Assembly: GCA_025603075.1 (NCBI GenBank)
Contig: MU626345.1
Coordinates: 1 to 64,000 of the forward strand
Length of the DNA stretch: 64,000 nt
Direction: 5' to 3'
Source of the DNA: Neoconidiobolus thromboides FSU 785
Taxonomy: Eukaryota; Fungi; Entomophthoromycota
Part shown: positions 1 through 12,083 of the stretch, piece by piece
Layout of the letters: every line of letters begins with the position of its first letter
How positions within the stretch are numbered: position 1 is the stretch's first letter
The notes under the pieces: generated by a model
The model's database searches: none
The model's input: the letters and a program-made list of their open reading frames with translations, nothing else
Told to the model about the DNA's origin: nothing
Program-made: the position numbers and the translations under genes

Positions 1-2371
1 TGCTAAACAATTACATGATCGTGTTGTAAATGCTTGTAAACTAGCTAATATTCATGATTTTATCATGAAATTACCACAACAATATGATACTATGGTTGGT
101 GACCGTGGCTCTCAATTGAGTGGTGGACAGAAGCAAAGAATAGCTATTGCTAGAGCTATAATTAAGGATCCAACTATATTATTACTTGATGAAGCTACCT
201 CAGCTTTGGATACTGAGTCAGAAAGGGTTGTTCAAAAAGCACTAGATAATGCTGCTAAAGATAGAACTACTATTGTAATTGCACATCGTTTATCTACTAT
301 TAAAAAAGCAGATAAGATCGTTGTCTTCGATAAAGGTACTATTATTGAAGAAGGAAGTCATAATGAATTGCTTGCACTTAATGGCGCTTATGCTAACTTG
401 GTAAGACAGCAGGAAATTAGAAAGGGTGATGAAGAAGAAAAGACGAAAGATGATACTCTAGTCATTGATGATCTAAAGGAAGAAGAAGTAATACTGGATA
501 TTGATGATATTGAAGAGTTAGATGAAGGTTTATTCAAAATGACAAGTCGAGTCAAAACTCTTCCAAAAGAATTAATTGAAAGCAAAAAAATGAAAGAAAA
601 AGCGCCAATGCCTTTAATGAGATGCTTAAAGATGATAGCGCCACATTGGCATTTTGGGCTCATTGGCTCTCTTGGTGCATTGCTGGATGGCGTTTCATTC
701 CCTATTTATGCCATCCTTCTTACTGAAGCTACTCAATCCTTCTTTGATTTAGGCGTCCCCGAGTTGGTAGAAAAAGGACAAAAAGATATCAACTTCTGGT
801 CTCTTATGTTTTTAGTTTTGGCCATTGGTTGCTTAATTGCAGGATTTATGAGATATGCTGGTTATAATACACTAGGGGAACATCTTACTTATGAGATACG
901 TAGAAGATGCTTCCGTTCTTTATTGACCCAAGAAGTTGGTTTTTATGATGCTCCTGAGAACTCAGTTGGAATTATTGCTGGTAAACTATCAACTGAAGCT
1001 GAAAATGTGCAAGGTTTAGTTGGTAAATTTATGGGTCCAATTTTTAGTGCTTTATCTTGTACTATTGTGAGTTTGATTATTGCTTTTTTAAATGGATGGA
1101 AACTCACTTTGGTTGCATTAGCTACTGTGCCACTTAATGCTTATGGCCAACTTGTTGAAGTTTCCGCATTAACTGATGTTAATGAGAAAACCAAACATGC
1201 TTACTTAAAGGTATCACAAATTGCTATGGAATCTATCATTAATAAGCGTACCGTTAGTTCTTTAAACAGAGAAAATCTTTTCTTTGAGGATTATTTAGAA
1301 AGAGTTGAAAAGGCTCATAGAATTTCTAAAAGAGGATATCTTAAATCAGCAATAGGTTATTCATTTGCTATGGGAATCCCTCACTTCGTTAATGCCTTAG
1401 TATTTTGGTATGGTACCACTTTGTTTATTAGTCATGAATACACCTATAAAAATATGTTCCAAGTTATTACTTCTGTTATGTTTATGGGAATGTCTTTTGG
1501 ATTCGCTTCTAGTGAATTAATTTCTTTAGTCAAATCTAAAGTTGCTGCCAATAGTATCTTTAAACTTCTAGATCGTACACCTAAGATTGATCAATCAGAT
1601 GCTTATGGCAATAAAAACAAGCAGCTTTATGGTAATGTTTTAAGTGAAAATGCTCGTTTTGCTTATCCTTCTAGACCAGATGTTACAGTTCTAAATGGAC
1701 TAGATTTAGAAGTACTTAGGGATAAAAAAGTAGCTTTAGTAGGATCTTCTGGATCTGGAAAATCAACTATCATTGGACTTATCCAAATGTTCTATACTCT
1801 TAATTCTGGAAAGCTTGAAGTTGAAGGCCAAGATATCAGTGAGTGGAATGTACCTTATTTAAGAAGTCAATTATCTACCGTTGGTCAAGAACCTGTGCTC
1901 TTTAATATCTCAGTTATGGATAATATTGCTTATGGAGTAGAAAGAGATGTCACAAAAGAAGAAATTATCCATGTAGCTAAAATGGCTAATGCACATGATT
2001 TTATCATGGATCTTCCAGATGGTTATGACACTTCATGTGGTGAACGTGGTGGTAGACTTTCAGGTGGTCAAAAACAAAGAATAGCTATCGCTAGAGCACT
2101 CATTAGAAATCCAAAGCTATTACTACTTGATGAAGCTACTTCCGCTTTAGATTCCCAATCTGAAAAAGTTGTACAGGATGCTTTGGATAAAGCTTCAGAA
2201 GGTAGAACCACAATTACTATTGCTCATCGTTTATCTACTATTCAAGACGCTGACATAATCGTTGTTATGAAGAATGGTAAAAAAGTAGAAATGGGCACTC
2301 ATGATGAACTTTTAGCACTTAATGGCTTTTATACTTCTTTAGTTCAAAATCAATCGCTTGGATCTAACTAA
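1..2371 (+). CDS. ABCB (MDR/P-glycoprotein-like) full transporter, 5' truncated by window edge
   Basis: End of NBD1 (LSGGQKQRIAIARA, LLLDEATSALD), then TMD2, then NBD2 with Walker A GSSGSGKST and LSGGQ signature. The frame is open back to position 2 and no introns are seen in this part. Confidence 0.96.
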   Translation, partial: AKQLHDRVVNACKLANIHDFIMKLPQQYDTMVGDRGSQLSGGQKQRIAIARAIIKDPTILLLDEATSALDTESERVVQKALDNAAKDRTTIVIAHRLSTIKKADKIVVFDKGTIIEEGSHNELLALNGAYANLVRQQEIRKGDEEEKTKDDTLVIDDLKEEEVILDIDDIEELDEGLFKMTSRVKTLPKELIESKKMKEKAPMPLMRCLKMIAPHWHFGLIGSLGALLDGVSFPIYAILLTEATQSFFDLGVPELVEKGQKDINFWSLMFLVLAIGCLIAGFMRYAGYNTLGEHLTYEIRRRCFRSLLTQEVGFYDAPENSVGIIAGKLSTEAENVQGLVGKFMGPIFSALSCTIVSLIIAFLNGWKLTLVALATVPLNAYGQLVEVSALTDVNEKTKHAYLKVSQIAMESIINKRTVSSLNRENLFFEDYLERVEKAHRISKRGYLKSAIGYSFAMGIPHFVNALVFWYGTTLFISHEYTYKNMFQVITSVMFMGMSFGFASSELISLVKSKVAANSIFKLLDRTPKIDQSDAYGNKNKQLYGNVLSENARFAYPSRPDVTVLNGLDLEVLRDKKVALVGSSGSGKSTIIGLIQMFYTLNSGKLEVEGQDISEWNVPYLRSQLSTVGQEPVLFNISVMDNIAYGVERDVTKEEIIHVAKMANAHDFIMDLPDGYDTSCGERGGRLSGGQKQRIAIARALIRNPKLLLLDEATSALDSQSEKVVQDALDKASEGRTTITIAHRLSTIQDADIIVVMKNGKKVEMGTHDELLALNGFYTSLVQNQSLGSN

Positions 2372-2940
2372 ATAGTTCGTACCCTACAATATCTAAAAAA
2401 CAATATTTGTTATTCATTATCTTTATTAAAAAAGCTACTCAAATTTTATACAATAAAACGCGTTATTTTTGATATTTTTTTAACTATTTTTTTGATATTT
2501 TTTACTATTCGAAATTATATTGTTGTCACTTTTATAGCTGCTTTATGGTATGTTTTGGTCAATTGAATAAACTATTTTTGAAAATGGACAAATTCAAACC
2601 CGGAGTTCAATTTTTTCCCGAGATTGGACATATCACAAGCTCATAAATTAAATACAACATCAAGAAAAAAGTTTTCTAATTTTACAATAAATTGTATATA
2701 AATATTTTTATTTCAGTATTTATTATACTATTTTTTAAATTCTATATCACATAAAATTAAATAAAATAAAAAAATATTACTATATAATTTTCTAACTTTA
2801 AACCTATTAGGTTTCCCTGTAGCTTCTTCCTGTATTACCATAACCATTTAGAAATAAAATTATCTTTACAAAAAATAACATACTATAATAGTTTATCCGA
2901 ACAAAAGTCAACTTTTATTTCAAGTATGGATGTAAAATAT

Positions 2941-3035
2941 GGGGATGTATTTTTGTTTAAGAATTTTGCTAACAATCTTTCTATTCAAATAGCGCTTAAA
3001 AAACAGAGAAGTAATGAAATAAAAAAAACATCTCC
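2941..3035 (+). mobile_element. MITE copy 1 (GGGGATG...CATCCCC family)
   Basis: Matches family consensus; flanked by ATAT/ATAT. The strand given for MITE copies is an arbitrary orientation label. Confidence 0.88.
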
Positions 3036-3099
3036 ATATGTTAATAACATTATTAGCTACATGAACAAAAGCTTATGTATAAATAAAATAGTTTTTCAA

Positions 3100-3950
3100 T
3101 AAAAACTGTCTGCTGCTGCAAATTTACACTCCTGTCGCTTTTATTCCGCCTAAAAAAAGGGACTTTTCAGAACCTAATAGGTCAAGTTGTGTAATTATAA
3201 TTTTAATCAACTTTGAACTCACTATACAAAGTATCAATAATGGTTGAGTAAGTTTACCACTGTTTCCTATTTCGTTTCATGTTCGAAAATACGCTGTTTT
3301 AATATCTTTATTGGGATGATATAATCCTGGAAAAACGTTTGAAGTCAAGATTCTAATTTCATAGTAAACTTGTACTTCCAATCAATATTTTGACTCTAGC
3401 CCTTGATAAAAACTGATTCAACCTCAAGCTCAAACCATCTAGCTCTGTTAGCATATCCTCTAAAGAAGCAATTATGATAATTAATACTTATCCCTTAAAT
3501 CCAAAATTTAAATATTTCCCATTACTATAGTGAAGGTTAGAAATATATGGGAATATATTTTTGTGTTTAAGAATTTTACTAACAATTTTTCCGCTCAATG
3601 TAGAGCTTGAAAAGTGGAAAAAACAATGAAGCCAAAAAAATACCCTCATATCGTTCATTCTAAATAGACAGTTAGTAGGGATTAATATCTATGAGTAAAG
3701 TAAAGCTAAATATATAAAAAAGGACAAGTTTCTTAGTTTATAAAAACTTTCAAATGGTGTAAACGCCTAGTAAAGAATGGTTTATAGATATCTAATGCTG
3801 TAGTTTACCATAGCTGTTTCAAGGGTAGCTCTTTTTTGTTAGGATGGTTATTCCATTGTAACTTAATACCAATAAGTATAAATATGTTTTTGGCATATTG
3901 GTTATCATATTGCTGAATAGACGGATATTGCTGTTTATTTATATTACACT
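3100..3950 (-). pseudogene. Decayed non-LTR (L1-like) retroelement fragment, endonuclease/linker region
   Basis: Minus-strand translation with many stops gives WEIFKFWI*GISINY and RGYANRARWFELE, resembling the W-x-x-FK and R-x-R-x-x-W linker motifs of L1-type ORF2. Interrupted by MITE copy 2. Confidence 0.4.
3549..3647 (+). mobile_element. MITE copy 2
   Basis: Consensus match; ATAT/ATAT flanks; nested in a retroelement relic. Confidence 0.85.
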
Positions 3951-4289
3951 TATCGAGTTATGTTCATTAAAAACTAATACTATCAAAAAAAAATGAGAAA
4001 AATAAAATATCAAAATCGTGCCCCATGAAATCATTCTTAAGAGTTAAAACAAAGCAATAATTACATAAAAATAGTGAAATATTCCTTTAAAAACTAATAC
4101 TATTTATTGAAATATGAAAAGTAAACTTTACAAAGATAAATTAAAATGATGGAAATAAGAAGGGATTTAAAGCTTGAAGAGGTCGATACTAACAAACTGA
4201 ACTTATTTAGTAAATAAAAGGGTGAATATGAATATGAATATAGCTTATTAGTTATAGTGAAACCATTGAAGCAGGCTCATGGTATATAA

Positions 4290-4968
4290 TAACGGGTAAT
4301 GTACGTATACACGATTATCTCTTTCACTATATGGTTGAAAAATGCTCATGATGGACTTTGTAATGCATTTAATGATTTATTGATCAATGAAATTGAAAAG
4401 TTATGAATTGTATTTATTAAACGCTTTAGTCCTGAAACTCCTCAAACAAAAGAACTAGGTACAAAATTTCATCCTAATATAAAGCAGGTGCTAGGCAACA
4501 ACGAAGATTCATGGTTTATGGATTCTAAGTGTCCTGACTATATTCATCTTAATAATTGTTTATCATGGGTCAAAAGCTATGAAAAAGCTACACTTAATCT
4601 TTACATTGATGATGGCAATCCTGATCCTGGTACATATGGGAGTGTTTTTTTTGACTTCATTATTTTTTCCATTTTTTAAGTGCTATTTGAGCGGAAAGTT
4701 TGTTAGTAAAATTCTTAAATACAAAAATACATCCCCATATAATGTGTTTTTAGAATTAGTGCTAATACTTAATACACCTATCAAAGCTCTAAACAATACT
4801 TTTGACAACTCCATAAAACATAAAACTCTGAATAAACGTTATACAATTATTATCCACAATAATAAAATCGCAATCAAAATCACATGTAAGTTACCAAGAA
4901 ATGAGCGGAATCCAAAGATACATACTACCACTATTAACGGTGGACTTGGTATTTATAGTGGTATTTAA
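4290..4968 (+). pseudogene. Unidentified coding relic interrupted by MITE copy 3
   Basis: Removing the MITE plus one ATAT fuses ORF 4488 and ORF 4579 in frame (...DDGNPDPGTY|NVFLELVL...). The frame extends upstream through one TGA. Confidence 0.45.
4638..4736 (-). mobile_element. MITE copy 3
   Basis: Near-consensus copy with ATAT/ATAT flanks. Confidence 0.9.
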
Positions 4969-5499
4969 CCAAAGCGATTTAGGATATTTAGATAATATAA
5001 TTTATGCTAATATTCTTTTGATGTTTATCAAATATTAAATCGAGCTATTGGCATTTTTACTTTTATTATTAAACTATCTTTGTTTTATGAATATTAAACT
5101 AATATGTAGAGACACGGTTGATAACAATCTAACACGTGAGGAAAAATCCCGCAATGGATGGAAATTCGAAATTTATTAAGGTTCTAGAGCTGAAAATTTC
5201 TTGAAGAAGCTGCTAAAACATACTGGTCAATCATGATAAAGCCTGTTGATAATAACGATAACAGAGTAGGTAAAGTTGAGGATGGTATATGATTCATAAG
5301 AACAGATTTATGTGCGCAAAAAGGTAAAATCTCCACAGCTATGAAAATGGTAAGATATGGCATACCTACTGGTTATTTTATCCTAAATGAAGGTTTTTTG
5401 AAGCTGAATTCAAGTTTTGCCGATATATATATAATTTTTTTTAGATGTTGAACTCCAAAAATATAAGCGGTGCCTGTTTTATACTTTTTTCACAATTAT

Positions 5500-7850
5500 T
5501 ATAGTTATTCTGATGAGATGTTGCTAATATTAAGTAGGAAAGTACCTTAATTTCTTAAAAACATTTAACTTTGAGCATAGATATTATCTTTTTGTAATAT
5601 CATTAAATCTTTATCAGTTTTTGAGGAATATCTCGCTATTTATACGTTTATTGTAAATGTTTAATAAGCTTTGTCCTAATAATACTGCCAATAATTAACA
5701 ACTCTTATTTGATACCCATCAATATGCTTCAATCCTAACCACACTCTTTTACTACTACTACTCATTAACTTTCTTATGCTTAAACCTTTTTCCTTCCATA
5801 ATCTTGATAAACTTATTCTGAGCCTTATTTATAGACATAAAGATATTAAACTAGCTCCTAAAGTCTTTAGCTGTAACATAATAGTCGTTATTATAGATAT
5901 CGACGTAATAGTCATATATATTGTTGGACTTTATCATTCTCAGTTAAGTAAGTTCCTCTAACTTGTAATATACTTGGGGTTTTTCAAGCTTCTTATCACT
6001 ATACTAGAATACTGCTCCTCTAACTAACCAGATAAACAATCGTTCTTTGGCACTTACTGTATCAAGCTTTTCTTTAAGAAGAACATCTCTCAATCTATGT
6101 CTCGGATTATTAGAATTATAAGGCCTAGTAGGATCATTGATATTGGTATAGATATTGTTGAATGGAACAACAGTTGTTCTTCTCGGCATTGCTGGGTCAT
6201 TGATATATATCTGGTTTATGCTTACACATCAATATTAGGAAGGCAATAGGACTAAATGTCTCATACTCTTTATAATATGCTGCACATGCTGTAATACTAT
6301 GTCCACCAGTAATGATTTTTAATATTTCAATATTTAATATATTATGAAGGTTTGGCTCCGACCTTATACACAGTCTCTTGTCCTGAATAATAGTTAAATG
6401 TGTTATATTGGCACTTCCTGTAGCCTTTCTACTACTAGCAAAGAGCATTTCATGAGGAGCTATGGTACATCAATTTCATAAAAGATCTTCAAGTAAATTA
6501 ACAAAGAATAATCTATCATTCAATCCATCTCCAATGAACATACTTCATGCTTGCATATCTGTATGACCATTAATCTCATATCACAATAGCTTTTGAATAA
6601 AAATAATGGATTTGATGTTGTTATTAAACATGTTAGAGTTAAAACCATCAATAATAGGTGTAGGATGATCTATTCCTCTATAACTTACTTTGATTTTGAT
6701 AGACATGAAATCACCTGAAAATCCACCATTCAAGAGTCCACTACACAGATCAATAAAACCCTTATTAGCTAGAGGGATACCTAGATTTAGGTTCATTTTC
6801 TTTTTTACTTGATTATTAATGTATAGAACTTTATAACAACCTACTATACTATTTATATTAACTATTTTAAACATATAACTGTATGTTTTCTTGAAATATT
6901 GATTTACTTTATTATCATTAACATATTTTATAAGCATTAATATTATACTTTAAGATGTATTAACAGTATGATATTTGATTTGCACTGACTTCTTCTCAAG
7001 TAATATTTTAAATGGTAAAAATCGATCTCTACCATAGACCATTGAATGACTATAACTACGAGACACTACATTCATTAAGATTGCTTATGGCCTATCAGAA
7101 GTAGGCTCTAATAGAATTGCTTGAACAATGTTGTTTGCATCCCAATCAAAAGCATGCACTTGACAATAAAATGAATGATTCTTTATACAAACATGTCTTG
7201 GGCAATCTTTCTGACCAAATAGCTATTAGATTTATGTATCTTACCATATTAAAACACATTTAATGATACTATTAGATTTAAAGTCAAAATCATTTTATCC
7301 TAACCAATTCCTAGCTATCTTTATATTTAATGTATTCTCGATAGTATCCTTAATATCTCAGTATATATCTATATAGCTGTTATTATCTAAACTAAGTTTT
7401 TGTATTTTGTTAATTAATGGGCTTATCTCAGAACTCTTATCTTATTTACTAAGTTATTTAATAAGTTCATCTAGCAAGGATGATAAATATTTAGCCAATG
7501 GAATAGTAAAAGAATAAGTTTTACCATTTACCATCTGGATGTGTATCAATGCTCAATACTTTACCGTTTACTTTAAGTTTAGTAATATTATGTAACATCA
7601 CTAAATCTTTATTAATGGATTTAGATAGTGAAAAGAAATAATACATCCTTCCACTAGCACTATTTTAACAAGGTGTAGGGTTATTAATGAATTTTTTGAT
7701 TCACTCAATACCATCTAAGCCACCTTCTTTAGAAATATTACAGCCAACAGCGATTAGATCATTAGCTTCATCAGTTAACAGTGCTAATCCATTATCATAC
7801 TTAATATTAAATTCTAGTCACATTTTATTGGAATTATTATATTAAGTAAA
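5500..7850 (-). pseudogene. Decayed non-LTR (L1-like) reverse transcriptase
   Basis: Ordered degenerate RT motifs on the minus strand: GGLDGIE (PGxDG), KW*...ILAR, ggtctatggtag..ccattt (GLRQGDPLSP-like), KYVND (YADD-like), NLGIPL (YLGIP-like), then KERLFIWLVRGAV (zf-RVT-like). Confidence 0.6.
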
Positions 7851-8080
7851 AGTCATTTATCCTTCCACTTGTTAAGGAAATTTATGTTTTCATCTAAAGA
7901 ATAATCAAGTTTTAGTAAATGATTTTTAATAAATTTGTGATTGAACTTTCCTTTATTTTGTTATTTAATATCCCTTAGTTTTTGTTCCATTTACAAACTT
8001 ATATCATGAAATATAAATACAAATACAAGTATAAATGTCCTTTTTATTTTTATTTTTATTTTCTTGTAAATAATTTTATA

Positions 8081-8560
8081 ATGTTATTATCAAGTGAAGA
8101 TTTTATATCAAGTATAGCTTATTCAATTCGATTAAATGAAAGAAAGGAGAGAGAAAAATGGAATTATATTATAAGCTTAAGATTAACCATATCAATGTTA
8201 AATTTATTTTTTATATACTGTATAACAACTCACAGTAAAAATACGCATATCAACCTAACTAATATCATTGTGCTATTTTCAATCATTAATTTTTTTACTT
8301 CAAGTTTGTCAGCAGAATATAATGATTATAAAAAAGAATTTGAGTTCCCTATAAATGAAAAATATTATAAAATAATGTTAAATTATTTCAACTTTAGTTG
8401 GGTTGATTTTAATGTATTTACCTTTCTATTGTCTGTGGCTTGGAATTTATTAACTGTCTATTTTTTATACTATAATCGCTCTTTAATCACTGCAGCCACC
8501 TGCTGTTTAATTTCTTTGTCTTGGTTCCTTTTATCTTATATTTTATTCTTCAATATTTAA
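8081..8560 (+). CDS. 4-TM membrane protein, MARVEL-like (paralogue A)
   Basis: Four hydrophobic segments; shares LRL, AEY-x-x-x-KK-x-F and W motifs with the convergent neighbour. Likely start is the ATG at 8081 (the ORF track starts at an upstream TTG). Confidence 0.6.
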   Translation: MLLSSEDFISSIAYSIRLNERKEREKWNYIISLRLTISMLNLFFIYCITTHSKNTHINLTNIIVLFSIINFFTSSLSAEYNDYKKEFEFPINEKYYKIMLNYFNFSWVDFNVFTFLLSVAWNLLTVYFLYYNRSLITAATCCLISLSWFLLSYILFFNI

Positions 8561-8599
8561 AAATAAATATGTATTAAAAACATGAAATTTATTTTTATT

Positions 8600-9238
8600 T
8601 TAAACTGACAAATCATTGACAATGAGTAAAGAAGAAGCTAACCATAATAAATTGTTAATCATAACTAGGAAGGAAGGAAGGTAATGAATCAATGAATAAA
8701 ACCTTAAATTTGAAAGGCTATGTCCAGTAATAATAATGGTGTTAAAAATAGTTTGGTATTTATTACTTGAATCAAGTAGCATCACTTCATTAGCTATAGG
8801 AAATAATAATGCAACTAAAGTATTAAATGACCAACAAGAAGTTAATATAATTGAAATGCCTTCTGGTATTCCAATTGGAAATAAGGTGTCCATCAAACAC
8901 TTTATGCCATGCTTATTATTATATAATCGAAATTTCTTTTTTGTTTCATCATATTCTGCAAAGATAGCTGCCAAAAAAAAACTAAGAAATCCTATAACTA
9001 AATGAAATCGATATATAATGCCTTCGATTAAACTTATTAAATAAAATGGATTGAGTAGAAAATTGCTAGACTTATTATTTACTAGTAACGATTCGGTAGC
9101 ATTGGTATTATTGTTTATTGTTAAATATAAATAAATTAGGCCAAAGATACATTGGCTTAATCTTAAGGGAGTTCTATATTCTCTATATTTTAGTTGTTTT
9201 ATAGTAGTTGTAGTATCGGACATTATGTTTTGTAACAT
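8600..9238 (-). CDS. 4-TM membrane protein, MARVEL-like (paralogue B)
   Basis: 212-aa ORF beginning with LRLSQCIFGLI, typical of a MARVEL first helix; homologous to 8081..8560. Confidence 0.65.
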   Translation of the reverse strand: MLQNIMSDTTTTIKQLKYREYRTPLRLSQCIFGLIYLYLTINNNTNATESLLVNNKSSNFLLNPFYLISLIEGIIYRFHLVIGFLSFFLAAIFAEYDETKKKFRLYNNKHGIKCLMDTLFPIGIPEGISIILTSCWSFNTLVALLFPIANEVMLLDSSNKYQTIFNTIIITGHSLSNLRFYSLIHYLPSFLVMINNLLWLASSLLIVNDLSV

Positions 9239-9499
9239 TTTATTGACGCAAAGAAATTTTGTAAGAAAAAGAAAAAAATATAATTGTTATTATATTTATA
9301 TGAATTATATTCATTTAATTATTTAGTGGAACTAATTTTGGTTCCTTTATTTAGTATGAATTAATCTATGAAGTTTATCAATTTTAAAAAGTGTCATAAC
9401 TTGTTGTTTAATTTGAAATATTAAACAAGTTTCACTCAATTTATATTTTAAAGGATCTTCAAGTTATTAAATTTTAATTAATTTGAAATTGAGAATTCA

Positions 9500-9960
9500 T
9501 GCTATTTTTAACTTTTATCTCCTCTCCATTAGCATCTTTTTGTGGTTATATTTATTTTACTAAGTCTCTTGAGTAACTCATTATTTGAAGGATATAGAAT
9601 CATGTCATTTATTTCTACCTAATATTATAATATTGTTAGTATCAAATTAACTTGCCAACTTTTACAATAGTAAAATATTTAGAATTATTAAATACATAGA
9701 TGTCTTTTTTTCAATTATTTCCATATTTTCATGGCTAAAAATCGAACAGACTATCCACTGTATCGATAATTGAAAACAGCTTATAATCATATAATTATTA
9801 ATAGTGAACTTATATCTATCGCCACTAATAACAGATAGAAGCCTCCTTGTTAATACTATTTTAAAACTCATAAAAACAAGCAGAAGCATAGCAACTCATT
9901 AAAATTAAGACCAAATGTGATTTGTTTAATAATATTGTATTCAATTTCTGGATCATTCAT
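9500..9960 (-). pseudogene. Probable 7TM/GPCR-like membrane protein pseudogene
   Basis: One frame from ATG 9960 reads MNDPEIEYNIIKQITFGLNFNELLCFCLFL*VLK*Y*QGGFYLLLVAIDISSLLIII*; TM1/TM2-like spacing with many stops. Confidence 0.3.
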
Positions 9961-11233
9961 ATCAATATCATGTATCAAGTTCTCAGTATTTTTGATGAAG
10001 TTTTTATTGTAATAAAAGAAATCTTTAACGCTATAACAATCTAAATAAGTAACCTATAAAATATAAAAGAATAGGGCTATTTGTGTATTTTAATAATATA
10101 CTTTCTAATGTAACTTAAAAAGACACATCATGTATATAGTTGTAATCAATAAATTCTTAAATAAGGTAATTTTATACAAATTGTGTATTTATTGCAAATT
10201 TAAAGTCTTATTTAACTATTAGTTATAATTAACAATTTTTTATAAGCACTTTGAAGTCTATTCCTTCACATAAATCCAGATGTATATATACGTTCTAAAA
10301 AATAATACTTTATAGGATATAGCAAATAAAATATGAGTATATATTAATTTTTTTTGAATGATATAATGATAAAAATAGTTAAAATTTAAGTTTTTTATAA
10401 AAGTTCGATTTATAAAATTTCTGTGCACTTTTTTAAAATATCAGTAGCATTAATAAAATAACACTCTTAATAGAATAAACCAAAGAAATAGTAATAAGAA
10501 GGGACAAAATAATAAATTAGAGTTTCATATTTATTTAGTGTTATTTCTAATAACTTTTAGAATATCTTTAATAAGAACATCTTGTACTACATTTAACATT
10601 AATTGGATTTTAATGCCAAAAAATGCAATAAGATAATTTGTGTAGCAATACTTTTTTGTAGATGATATCAGCTATTAGAGAATGATTATGTATCCGTTTT
10701 TCTTTATTATTACCCATTCTTACTGTTAAAAATATCATTCTATTGGATATTTTGAACTCCCCAGTATAGACAATAAGTCTCTAATCAACAGAAGTAGTTA
10801 AAAATACATAAACAGGTGGATGATTAATATTCGAAATGCACAATTTCCTTACAGAAAGTATGTACTATATAAAGGTTTTACATAATGAGATTTCTTTTAT
10901 CTCTACTACTATTATACATTTATCTCTTGATACATAAATTATATCTATCATAAAATATCTCATATTAGTTCCAGTTTTTTCTATTTCTTCATTAACGAAC
11001 AATCTTTCTTTTATTTCTCGAACCATTTTAATATCATTGTTATTAGTTTGGTATTAATATACAATTATTACACTTTAGATGCTTCCAACTAAGACATAGA
11101 CTATCACTTGAGTGATTGATTTAAAAATGAGGTTAAGAAATCTTTCCGATTTTAAGCATTGTACTAAATGAGGACAAACTTAATCTTTAAACTATTAGCA
11201 GCTATTTCTTCCATGTCAAGCAAAATATCAAAT

Positions 11234-11330
11234 GGGGATGTTTTTTTGGCTTCGTTATTTTTCCATTTTTTAAGCGTTATTTGAAAAGAAAGATTATTGG
11301 TAAAATTCTTAAGCAAAAAAATACAGCCCC
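11234..11330 (-). mobile_element. MITE copy 4
   Basis: Degenerate consensus match; flanks AAAT/AAGT. Confidence 0.8.
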
Positions 11331-12083
11331 AAGTGTATACTCAGGATTCTCAATTAGGTCCATAAATATAAAATTAAGTATTATTCAGTTTCTTTTTGAA
11401 TTGGGTTGATATAATTCCCTAGGTTTATTCTACTTTTGTTCATTTATTTTGATAATAAGAAGTGAAAGAAAATTTATATTATTTTAGCTTATAAACTAAA
11501 TCTTTTTTAATTCTTTAGTCATTTATTTGCCTTATTTAGAAGGCTTAAACTTTGAAGGGCAAGTGAAGATAAATGATGTCTATTACAATAAATCATAAAT
11601 TTAATATATGGTATTTATAACAGTGTAAACTTGGTATGAACGATAGAGAGAGAGTTAAATAAATGTACTTTACATTATTGTAACGTTAGAAGCGAAGGGG
11701 TCAAGTAAGATGGAAATAAAATGGCTTCATTTATCTTTTTTTACTTCAATACTGTAAAAATTATCACCTTGATTAATAAAAACTATAAAAAAGTTCAACT
11801 AAATGCTTGAAATCTTACATTTATTTAATTTATTATTATTATGAAATTTTATGATTTATTTGAGACACTATAACATTTTAAATTCAATCAATTTTTAAAG
11901 AAAATGATAGTTTAGCAAAAATGACTCGATATTTTAATTGATTAAATCATTTTTGAGAAAATCATTAAAACATAAAATCAAGGATGATCCATTGATAGCT
12001 TTTGAAAAAAAGGCACAATAAAATAAAAAGTATTTAAACTAGTATTATTACTATTATTTACAAAAGAAACAAAACTACAAAAA

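Noticed and set aside
3100-9960. In-frame TGA/TAG as selenocysteine or a reassigned genetic code
   Set aside because: In-frame stops occur only in decayed relics, together with frameshifts and all three stop types. Intact genes have none and end with TAA, TAG or TGA normally; no SECIS was recognised.
10450-11230. Possible degraded coding sequence on the minus strand
   Set aside because: Protein-like fragments appear in shifting frames, but I could not assign any motif.
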